A stretch of DNA of 49,647 nucleotides, filler included, from Jimgerdemannia flammicorona (lineage: Eukaryota): the NCBI GenBank assembly GCA_003990765.1. It is 2 parts of 2 records of this genome, joined end to end, with 100 filler letters (N's around TTAATTAATTAA, not from the genome) between each part and the next. Parts side by side here need not be neighbours in the genome. Positions count along the whole stretch, not along the records: positions 1 to 24,775 come from RBNJ01000926.1; positions 24,876 to 49,647 come from RBNJ01000927.1. One strand, 5' to 3'. Position 1 is the stretch's first letter; each line of letters begins with the position of its first letter. The translations under genes were made by a program, and so were the position numbers. The notes beneath the pieces are model-generated. The model made no database searches. It was not told the DNA's origin and saw nothing but the letters and a program-made list of their open reading frames with translations. This document shows positions 12,701 to 28,447 of this stretch, in pieces.

Positions 12701-14115
12701 GACAGCTTGGTGACTTCTTTGATGACTAGTAGGGTAGCTCACTCTAGAATGAGCTGTGCAATTCTGTCACCTTCATTGACAGTATATAGTTGGTTCTTGT
12801 GGTTGACTAGCAGGACTTGCATTTTACCTCAGAAGTTAGGGTCGATGACTCCAGCACTAACATCCAATGAGTGCTTGAAGCTGAGGCCAGATCTTGGTAC
12901 AATTCTTGCATAATATTCCTTGGGAATTTCAACTAAAAGGCCAGTTGGGATGAGCCTTCTCTTATATTCCAGAATAGTGACTTGTTGTACTGCTTGAAGG
13001 TTTAAACCAATGGCTCCTTCTGACTGTGCTTGAGGGATCTGGACCTTGGGGTTGACTCATATGAAATTGAGTACAACTTCTTGTTTGACTGGTTGACCTT
13101 GAGTGTCTTTGGATAGAACCAGAATCCTCTTTGGTTCTGCAGTTTTCTTGGGATATTTGGTTGCAATGTAACCAGGCTGATAGCAAAAGAAGTAGGCTCC
13201 AGCCTTCTTGAGACACTCCTTTTCCTTAGGTGTAAGCTTGCCTTTCTTGTTCTTATCAATGGTGTCTAGGTCTATGGGGGCAGGTCCAACAGTTCTGACT
13301 TTGGGTTCCTCCCTTCTGTGGTTGTTGTTGTTGTTGAAAGGCAGTCTCTTCTATTCAAAGTAGTGACCATAGATGATGATATCAAACCTATCAGCAATTT
13401 TCATTGCTGTATCTAGGTCCTTGGGTTCTTCTAGTTCAACATGAACTCAGGTTTGACCTTTCAGGCCTTGGATGTACTTGTCGACCTTCTTGTCTTCAGT
13501 GATATGTGGTAATTCTAGCAGGATTGACAGGAATTATACATTGTATACTTGTATAGACTTGAGTTGTTTGACATTTGCCAGACAGTCTTGCGTGGCCTTG
13601 GTACTGTTGACTGGTTTGAATTGGTCTTGAATAACATTAGAGAATTCACCCCAGGTCTTGATTCAGTCAGAGAATTTAGTATTTTGGATATGATTTTACC
13701 ACCAGATTGCAGCATTCCCTCAGAGGAGTGTGGCAGCAAATTGGACTAGTGTTGTTTCTTCCAAATTGGTCAGTTCTCCATATTGCTCTAATTGGAAAAA
13801 CCAGGTATCAGTAGACAGTCCTTCTCTTTGCCCATCAAAGGTGTCAGGCTTCTGAGGCTTGATAGTAACTGCTGTCAGATATATTGATGTTGGTGTAGGT
13901 GCGGAGGTATGAGTGGGGGCCTTGCTTTTCTTTCTTTCTATGCATTCTTGAAGTTGAGCAATCTGAGCTAATGCGGTCTGCAAAAGACTCTCAATGGCTC
14001 CATTCAACTGAGTAGGGTTTTGCTATTCCTCTTTTTCTTGCTGATTGTACTGATTGTATGAGGCATTACCTGGACCATAAATACTATATGAAGGGTTCCA
14101 CCCATTGTCCTCTAT
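9750..14115 (-). pseudogene. Decayed gag-dUTPase-PR-RT-RH-IN-chromodomain polyprotein of A2
   Basis: Protease LIDSGAVGNFI (12214-12624); RNase H (11404-11598); integrase HHD...GH...CDLC and MDFIVQL (10513-11376); chromodomain YEVEKILD...YLVKWMGYSEYDATWEP (~9770-9905). Confidence 0.93.
12660..13075 (-). pseudogene. dUTPase domain in A2, between the gag knuckle and protease
   Basis: AIGLNL...IPTGL...YARIVPRSGLS...AGVIDPNF*G...GDRIAQLIL...*DQKGFGST; all five motifs recognisable. Confidence 0.93.
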
Positions 14116-14183
14116 AGTATTGTAACTGATATCTTAAGAGGTGTCTTGATAAGGCTAGGTGTAACTTCACTACTGCTACCAAG

Positions 14184-14586
14184 TGTAACAGTTCTAGTTT
14201 CTAAATGAGGAAGTGACTAATTCTGGTAGTCCTAAGTAGCTCGAAGAGATACTAAGGATTCAAGTGTTCTCAAAGAATTTCTGAGAGAAAATATTCTGAG
14301 ACTTTATTTATGAGAACAAAGGGGATATTTATACAAGATCTGAAAGAAGAATCTAGAAGGATCTGAGAAATCAAAGGAAAATGCCAAGAGGAAAGTTCTT
14401 GGCAAAGATGACAAATAATGATAAATAAAGTTCTACAAGTTTCAAGGACAATTAGTAACTAACTAAATAAGTACTAGTTAATGCTTGGTACCAAGAAAGA
14501 ATTTCTAAGCATTCAGAAAGTACCAGAAGGTCATAGAATATTGAAGAAAGACAAAGAAAAGAAATAAACTACACTAAAATGTTACA
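14184..14586 (-). repeat. 5' LTR of A2
   Basis: Copy of 9021-9423, adjacent to the PBS. Confidence 0.93.
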
Positions 14587-15279
14587 TCATGTTTATATAT
14601 ATTCAGAAGTTGTAGTTGTTGTTTGTTTTGGTTCTCTGTTCAATGCATCTTGGTGTCCAGTATATATGCATTTGGTCCTGATTGGTAAGATTCCATTTGT
14701 GTAAATCTCGTGTTCTGTAACTTCAATTTGTTCAGAGGTTACATATGATTTCAGTGGCTTGTTCAGAAGGGTGATGTGTGATTTTGATGGCTTGGAGGTT
14801 GCGCGCTTACAGACATTTAGAATTCTATAACTAACTTTGAAACCCCCTATTACTTAAGAGACTAGTTTATAAATAGCAGTTGTGGGTTGGGAGAGATGGA
14901 CATCATCACCTAAAACAAAAAAAACCCCCCAAGTTCATACTAACACTGCAACCGATTATTCGCTGGTGTACAACAGCCACCAATCGCCCACCCTATCTTT
15001 TTTTTTTTTTTTTGTTTTAAAAAAAAAAAATAAAATAAAAATAAATTATTGCTAGTTGACGGGCAGACGGCGGATGGACAGGCAGACAGACAATGGCTTG
15101 TTGTCCATAAATGAGGTATTTTGGATTTTGTTGCTAGTTGACGGGCAGACGGGTTTCGGGTGGATAACGAACGTACAAGTTTGCTGAACCAATGGACCAT
15201 CATTCCATTGCTGAGTTCAACTAACCGACCAGATAGGTGATAAAAAGAAAAGTCCATTACAAATTTCGCTACCGCAACT

Positions 15280-21385
<6,106 letters not shown>

Positions 21386-21464
21386 GGTGGGTGGAAGAGC
21401 GGGAAGTGTGAGTGAAGACGAAAGTGGAAATTGTTGAAACATGTGATATTTTCTGGAGCCCTTG

Positions 21465-21742
21465 GATGACGCGTGTGTGACGTATAACGGGGAATGTGTG
21501 ACGTGAGGGAAATGTGTGACGTGAGGGAAATGTAGATTGTGTGACGTGTTAAGAGAGAATGTGTGACGTGTAAGGGAGAATGTGTGAATGTGTGACATGT
21601 TAAGGGAGAATGTGTGAATGTGTGACGTGTTAAGGAAGAATGTGTGACGTGTTAAGGAAGAATGTGTGAATGTGTGACGTGTTAAGGGAGAATGTGTGAC
21701 GTAATAGGGAATATGTGACGATAACAGGAAATGTGTGACGAC
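21465..21742. promoter_or_regulatory. Tandem array (AATGTGTGACGTGTTAAGGGAG-like units) in the PEX6/ARPC2 bidirectional promoter
   Basis: 12 TGACG cores (9 of them TGACGT) in the 420 bp between the divergent start codons. Confidence 0.7.
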
Positions 21743-21805
21743 AACAACTATAGTCAGTCAGACACGTCAGATACATTTCATCTGCACCCAACATTCCCCC
21801 CCGCC

Positions 21806-23364
21806 ATGATCCTGCTAGACTACCACAACGTCATTATCAACGACGTCCTGACCGCCCGCTTCCTCCAGGGCAAGCAGGACACCCTCGACATGACCATCGT
21901 CGACTTTGACGGCGTTTCCTACCACCTGTTCGTCGAAAAGGTCAGCAAGACCACCCTCACCCTCTCTATGCGGTGGTCCTGCTTTCAGGAGCTCGTCAAA
22001 TTCGGCGCCAATGACATCCTCAAGCACGAGTATGGCCAGTACATTGCCGCCACACCGGAGCAGGGGTATAACCTAACTCTCGAATTTGATAGCGAAAAGC
22101 TGCCCGAAGATATCGCTGATAGGGGTACGTCTTTTCTCTCTCTCCCCCTCTCTCTCTCTTTGTCGACATACACAAACCGAAATATCTTGGGTATTTTTAT
22201 TTTCCTCTCAATATGTCCATTCTATCACTCTTGATTCAACATCGCTAGAGGCCCTCATCAAGAAGGTCTCAGTCCTCAAGCGCAACCTTCTCTCCGCCCC
22301 TTTCGTCCGCGCCATCGCCGAACTGGAGCAGTTCGAAGACAGCAAACAGCCTGACCCCACCCCGGAGCTCATGGCCGTCCACTACCGGGACGAGGAGACC
22401 ATCTTCGTCCAGGCCGCCCAGGACCGCGTCACCGTCACTTTCTCCACCTTGTTTAAGGAGGAGGCCGATAGGGTTATTGGCAGGGTGTTCTTGCAGGTAT
22501 GAATGAGGAGACAGAGGAGGGGAGCGGAAGGAGGGATATTTCGAACGAGCGGACGGGCAAAAGATGATGCTGCAGGCCACTTGCACGGATTCCTGGGGAC
22601 GCGCTTCGTACCCAAAATAGCACCTTTAAAAGTGACTTGACTCCTTTTGTTCGTTCTTCCCCTTAAATTATAACAGGAATTCGTCGACGCCCGTAAGGGC
22701 ACCGCCCCGCAGGTGATCTACTCTCCGCGCGAGCCCCCCCTCGAGATTCGACACCTCCCCGGCCTGCAAGACAGCGAGAGTGTCGGCTATATCACATTCA
22801 GTACGTCCCCCCCTCCCCCTTTCTCTTTCCTTATCAATCTCGCCAAAAACGCTCACATTCACTCCTCCCGCCTCATCAACAGTCCTCTTCCCACGTCATC
22901 TCGTCAAGGGCGAAGTGCGCGAAGAGACCATTTCGCGGATCCAGATCTTCCGTGACTACCTCCATTATCATATCAAATGCTCCAAGGCTTACCTCCACTC
23001 TCGCATGCGCGCTCGCGTCACTGAGTTCCTCAAGGTCCTTAACCGCGCGAAGCCCGAAGTCGTGAATGCCGAGAAGAAGACCGTTACGTGGGTGTTTTTA
23101 AATTTCGAAATTAATGAAGCAAGGAGAGAGGGGGAATGGGGGTCGGGTTGTTTTGGATATTTTAGAAGGGTGGGAGGAATTAGAAATAGGAGGGTGGTTT
23201 GTGTGTGGGGAGTCTGACCCCGATGGGCATCTGAGACGTCTTCCGTCCTTGCGGGAGTGGCCACCGTTCTGACCAGCGTCGCGTTCCTTCTCTATCTCAT
23301 GAAATTACTATTTCGGGAAACCTCACGACGATATTACAGTGGCAAGACTTTCCGCCGCGCTTGA
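21806..23364 (+). CDS. ARPC2: Arp2/3 complex 34-kDa subunit; exons 21806-22124, 22249-22496, 22677-22800, 22883-23087, 23340-23364
   Basis: MILLDYHN...[21 protein letters not shown]...[65 protein letters not shown]...TGKTF; canonical splice sites. Confidence 0.96.
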
Positions 23365-23537
23365 TCATCTCGGCCTCGGGTCTTGGTCCCACGTGGCTTC
23401 GCGGAGATTTGGGGAGACTTGGAGAAAAATGGGAGGAATATGGAGAGGTGCGAATTGGTGTTGCCCCGCGCGGGGAGTTTTCTGTATTTTTTGTTCGAAC
23501 AAATAAACAAAAGGGATCACGTCCGATCCGCCTTTAT

Positions 23538-23631
23538 GCGACGAACCGCCTTCCCGTGATGAACTGCCTTCCCGCGATGAACCACCTTCCTACGACAAAC
23601 AGCCTTCCCGTGATGAATCAGCTTCCCGCGA
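23538..23631 (+). repeat. 18-bp tandem repeat, 5 copies (GYGAYGAACCGCCTTCCC)
   Basis: gcgacgaaccgccttccc / gtgatgaactgccttccc / gcgatgaaccaccttcct / acgacaaacagccttccc / gtgatgaatcagcttccc. Confidence 0.85.
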
Positions 23632-24775
23632 GAGGGTGGCACCGCGAGGTGCTCGTCTTATCAGGAATGCCATTTCTACTTCCTTGGCGGCGCCGTCACA
23701 ACTGCTGCATCTCGCATCCAGACCCGCTTATCGCCATAACGGATTCATCTGAATTGATATCCATAAAAGCAATGACATAGTCGTTGATATTGCGTCATTC
23801 CACAATTTGTATTCTGGGACAGGCTCAACATAACTACATAACTATCGGTTCAATTGATTCTATAATGACATTTTCTCCTTCCTCAAAGCTTTGACACCAG
23901 CGATGCAACATGGATCTTCGAAGGTACCCTAATTCTGTTGACATCACCAGCTCAACAGACATCTCTAGATCTTCCTCACAAGCGAGCTCTATACACGCCT
24001 TGAAGATGTCAGTTACTTCTTGCAGGATTTACTGTTTATTGATTATTATTGCAAATCTTGATGTGTTTCACTAATTTTACCTTGGTGATAAGGATCGCTT
24101 GACAGAGGAATTTCGATCGTTGCAATGCCTACAATGCCATAGTACCCTTCATCAAGTGCGCCCATTACCAAAATGTCTATAAGATAATTGCACGTGTGGA
24201 GTCGACCACCGAAAATACAAGACCACCGAAAAACTTTGCAATATGAAACAGTCAATGGACAGAAGCTGCGTCAATACGAGGTCCGACAGCATGCCATGTT
24301 CTCCATGATCGCCAGTCTAATCAGGCAGAGAGAACGTCGAGCAAACCCGGCACTAGCTGCTAGGTGCCGCTCCTGTCCAGCTTTCTGCTACCAAGCAGAC
24401 CTGAAACTGGGTGTGGGTGCGTTAGCTTCCACCCATGTGTATGCATAATTTAGTAAATCCCAAAAACGTGGAAGAGTTTTTTTCCCGGTAATTCAAGCCT
24501 GGTACATGAATACCATTGTGTTTGGAGGTGAGGTTGTGTTTGGAGGTGAAAATCATGGCCCTTAATCGGGTCGGCGCGTGTTGCCCTGTATTATAGAATG
24601 ACGTCACCGATATGTACTCCCTTTTTCGGAGGGTGTCGTGGGTGGCTTGTCTTGACGATGCACCATGGAAAGAAGAACCGGAAAACCCCCAATCCCGTCA
24701 TCGTTGAAACATGACCTGCCCGATCCACGCGCCACGAAGACAACCGCTCTCGCCTTACTCGAACAAAAACGGGCC

Positions 24776-24875
24776 NNNNNNNNNNNNNNNNNNNNNNNNN
24801 NNNNNNNNNNNNNNNNNNNTTAATTAATTAANNNNNNNNNNNNNNNNNNNNNNNNNNNNNNNNNNNNNNNNNNNN
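24776..24875. other. Artificial contig linker: N44-TTAATTAATTAA-N44
   Basis: A palindromic 12-mer with stops in all six frames (24820-24831), centred in a 100-nt gap. Confidence 0.95.
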
Positions 24876-26072
24876 TTTTTTTTTATAGTTACTTGGACTC
24901 CTTCTTTTATTAACACATTGTCTATCCTCTATATAATACACTATACCCACTCCTACCCAATCTCCCTAGGAGGACCCTCCCCCCTCCCACCTTTTCTCAA
25001 TAAAAGACCATTTTGTCATTCATCATTGCCATCTGCCCACTACTCTATTTATAGATCTCTTCCACCAAATGGCAATATTGCCCACTCTGGAGACCCCAAC
25101 CAACTCACCACCTAGTCAACAGATTTCCCATCAACCCCTCCCATCTCAACAACTTCTCCTATATACTCATCTACTGCCCCTCCTTAAAAACAAAGAGTCA
25201 ATATCTAGCTAGCCCTATCCATATAGCTAAAATCCACTCTATAGTGAGCTATCTATTGTCTACACCTCCCACTAACCAAGATTTCAGATTCTCTCAGTGA
25301 CCTCTCTCTCTATCCAGCCTCTTCTCCACACTCAACTAGGCCCCAACTGCTATCCAAAAGTCCCCCAGAACCTCACACTCTCCTAGCCAATATTCTGACA
25401 TCTGCATAAATCTCCCAACTTATCTGACATTATAACACTTCTCACAATCTAATCAATCACCATCCATTAAATAGCCTGCACAGAAATTCAATATGACATT
25501 CCTCTGTAGTATCTGCCACTATACTACTCAGAACTTGGGAGGAAGCCATCTCTACACTTCAGCACTCTATAACCAGACTCCTGCCTAGTCCCACTCCTTA
25601 CCAATCCTCACTGCCTGCCAACTACTTGGCCATAGATCCTGACTAAGTCTCTGCTGATATTCCACTTCTTCACTAATGTCAAACTCAGTAAGTGGAATAT
25701 CCCCCAGAAGCAGTCAGTCCTATTGCTACATAGCTGGACCCCACAGCATCTCCCTCTCATTGCTTCACCAGTACAGGCCTATTTGGTGTACTCCATCTAC
25801 CACCCCCCACCAGAAGCCCTTATACTATAGCTATTGGCTTCCATCCAGATCCACCAGAGATAGCAAATTTCCTGAGGACTCTTACAGAGAGAATCTCATC
25901 TCCTATATCTTTTGCATCAGAGGTACCCAACCCTCTCTCTGTAATTCAATAGCTCTTTTCAACCACCAGGCTTACAGACAATACAGCCACTTAGGAAAAT
26001 CCACTAGGCCTAGCCCTCTCCAAACCACCAGTGTTGCAAGAGTGTCCCAACCAATCTGGGACCACCTTCCTG
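24876..26072 (-). mobile_element. 5'-truncated L1/Tx1-like LINE 3' fragment inserted in the gag of B3
   Basis: Poly(T) at 24876; 3' terminus similar to the LINE end at ~37890-37916; minus-strand peptides GRWSQIGW...GLGLVDFPKW and WQILQRNVIL match the 35859-37916 LINE. Confidence 0.8.
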
Positions 26073-28447
26073 GTGAGGGTGTTCTTTGAGTCTGTGTAAG
26101 TTGCTAGAGTAATAGTTGTGGGTCTGGAGTAAGAGCTTGATAGATAACTGTCTGTTACTATATAGGTGTATTCTGTCCTAATAGAGGTACATCTCCTTTG
26201 GTAGTATATCCAGGATCAAATTCACTGAGATACTCTTCCTCTTCTTGGCTTTGATCTCTGTGTACTTGGGTTTGCTCAGTATCAAAGTAGATAGAATCAG
26301 TTATATATCTAATTTCAGAAGGACTTAATTCAAAGTCAAGTTTTGGTTCAGTATTGATTTCAGATTCAGGTAGAGTCATAGCTAGATCTGCTTCTGATTG
26401 TAGGCAGAGAGTTTCTCTTGCTTCTTTTTTAAGAATATAGCAGGCCTTACTGTTCTGGAATCAGTAGTACATATAATGCAGTCTTAGTCCTGGTATGGTG
26501 AAAGTTGGTAGAGTTGAGCCAGTTAGCTACAGAGGCTTGGGCTTCATGAGAAACTAAGACTAGAAAGACTACTACTGGTTGTCCTAGGTTACTCAGATTT
26601 GTGGAGCTGACAAAACTCTTATTGAGAAGAGTAAAGAAGGCTTCTATAAGACCTTCTTCATCTTGACTTGCTGGGTATAGTATATATAAGGAGTTCAGTA
26701 TATAGAGTTTTGCCTATCTGCTGATTTAACTGGAATACTTCTTTCTTTGAATAAAGTTTGTCTCACTTGTTATAGGTATAGAGGTCAAATTGTCCTTATA
26801 TGTCAGGTTCAATTCTCTTCAGATTATCAGATAGTTTAGGATAAATTCCAGTTCAGAGGTTGGGCTTTATACTAACTTGTAGGAATTCTCAGAGGGGTTT
26901 GTAGCAGGGTGAGGAAGTATCTTAAAGCTGAATTGAATTGTAAACTGCTGCTATCAAGTTGTAAGAGGGTTATTTGTTAAGATAACTATTACATAGTTCT
27001 GGAAGGGTTTTCTGGAAGTTCTGGATATTCTAGAAGACTATTTTCTCAAGGTTAAGATCAATTTCATATAGAGTACATCCTCTATACTTATTGATTTCAA
27101 GATTAGATTGATGTCTCAACCAAAGTCCTTATTTGGACTAGTTCTAGATGTTCAGAATTTTCTGTATTTCAGGAAGTTTAAGAAACTAAGACCAGCTTAG
27201 TTGAATTGGTGTATCACTACAGATAATACCTAATTAGGAAATTTCATGACAGAGTTAGGAGTGAGACCTAATGGGGAGCAGATTTACTTAAGAGTAGTTT
27301 GTGGGTTATTAAATAGGTTTATTCACTATTCATGATATTACTATACTAGGAGTAATTGTATAAAGAAATGTTGTAGAGAAGTATTCAAGAATGTTCTTAT
27401 ATGTTTGAGCTGAGATTCTGAGGTCTGGGAGAGGGGGTATTTATACTAGTGAGGGGCTATCTGGACTATGCTGAATATAGATATAGCACTTAGTGCCTTA
27501 CTGAGTCAGAATGTAGTCATATAGTATAAGTGTGATCTGATATATCAAGGGATCATCTGACTACTGAGTCAGTTTACAGTTATATCATATAAGACTAATC
27601 TAACTATACTATGACTGCTAAACTATTTATAGATTTAGATACTATCTGATTAGTCTTTAATGGTATTACTATTGATGATATTATCTCTAGTAAAGTCTAA
27701 GCAGTTTTCTGACTTCTGATATCATCAGTTTCAAAGGTGTCATCACCTCTATCTCTTATAAGATTAAGACTGTCCTTGGTAGTAGTGGTTGTATAAGAAT
27801 AACAGGTCTTGGTTCTCTTTTTTTTGGACTACTAATGTATTTGTAAGAACTAGCCACTCTTGTCTAGAGCAAGGGCTCTCAATATTACAGCTGGAGGTTC
27901 AACCCTCTTGGAAATGATATTTTCTATAATCCAAGACAATTTCTAGTAGTAATATCTATCATATGGATGGGCTTGAGATTGGTTTCAACAATATCAGCTT
28001 TCTTGAGTTCAGATGAAGTATTCATCATTCTTCAATAGAAATGACACAGATAGAGTGAATGGGGTTGTTCAAATGCATTTTGCTTCTACTAAGTAATGAG
28101 GTCTTCATATAGTTATAGTGTATCTTGGTCTTGAGTTGATAAGTGCAGTTTATGAATCTTTGATAGATGTGATAGGGTTTTTCTTATCTTGGTTGAGTTT
28201 GGTACTTCAGTTTTCTTTTGTAATAGTATAGTATACTAAAACTAGTTGTAGAGATTTAGGGTTAGTCTTATAGTTGTAGACTTCTTCTAGTATTCTTGTA
28301 TCTTGGCAATAGGTTCATATACTTGCTGGCATATTTTGTATAACCAGGTAATCTCTTCAGTAACTTGTTTTGTAGTCTTATATGTGGTTTCCAAATTAGT
28401 TCTGAGGATAATATGCAATTTGGTGGCTTGGAGGTTGTATGCTTACA
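26073..28447 (-). mobile_element. Family B variant copy B3: 5' gag region, PBS and variant 5' LTR (26960-28447), inserted into the 3' LTR of B2
   Basis: 26075-27695 is collinear with B1 6375-7983. The LTR ends GCTTACA at 28447, followed by the interrupted B2 3' LTR. Confidence 0.85.

Larger units (their letters stand above)
9021..14586 (-). mobile_element. Ty3/Gypsy chromovirus family A, copy A2 (both LTRs present; RT core deleted)
   Basis: LTRs 9021-9423 and 14184-14586; PPT 9424-9437; PBS 14170-14181. The 5-bp TSD is TCATG (14587-14591) / TTATA (9016-9020, mutated); the empty site AGTAGTCATGTTTG is seen at 39121-39134. Confidence 0.95.
1386..14811 (-). mobile_element. Ty3/Gypsy chromovirus-type family B, copy B1 (gag-dUTPase-PR-RT-RH-IN, ~2-kb 5' LTR), interrupted by A2 in its LTR and by A1 in its integrase
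   Basis: Collinear with B2 (29420-39431). PBS at 7250-7261. LTR starts TGTAAG at 7265 and ends CTTACA at 14811. Confidence 0.92.
7265..14811 (-). repeat. 5' LTR of B1 (~1.98 kb: 7265-9020 plus 14592-14811, split by A2)
   Basis: Matches the B2 LTR 35282-39431; TATA-like GTATAAATA at ~7736-7745 on the minus strand; TGTAAG/CTTACA ends. Confidence 0.9.

Noticed and set aside
14592..14602. TATATAAA directly upstream of the U3 ORF start
   Set aside because: Too close to the ATG, and it differs among copies (TTTGTATATA at 39131), so it is likely produced by transition decay.
14940..15257. 105-aa ORF downstream of PEX6
   Set aside because: It runs through homopolymer A/T tracts in the probable 3' UTR or terminator region and has no recognisable motif.
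21465..21742. CRISPR-like appearance of the short repeat arrays (also 23538-23631 and 40840-40933)
   Set aside because: No unique spacers, no cas genes, and a eukaryotic context; these are plain tandem repeats.
21731..21805. Upstream ATG extending ARPC2
   Set aside because: The conserved ARPC2 start is MILL at 21806, in a good CCGCCATG context.
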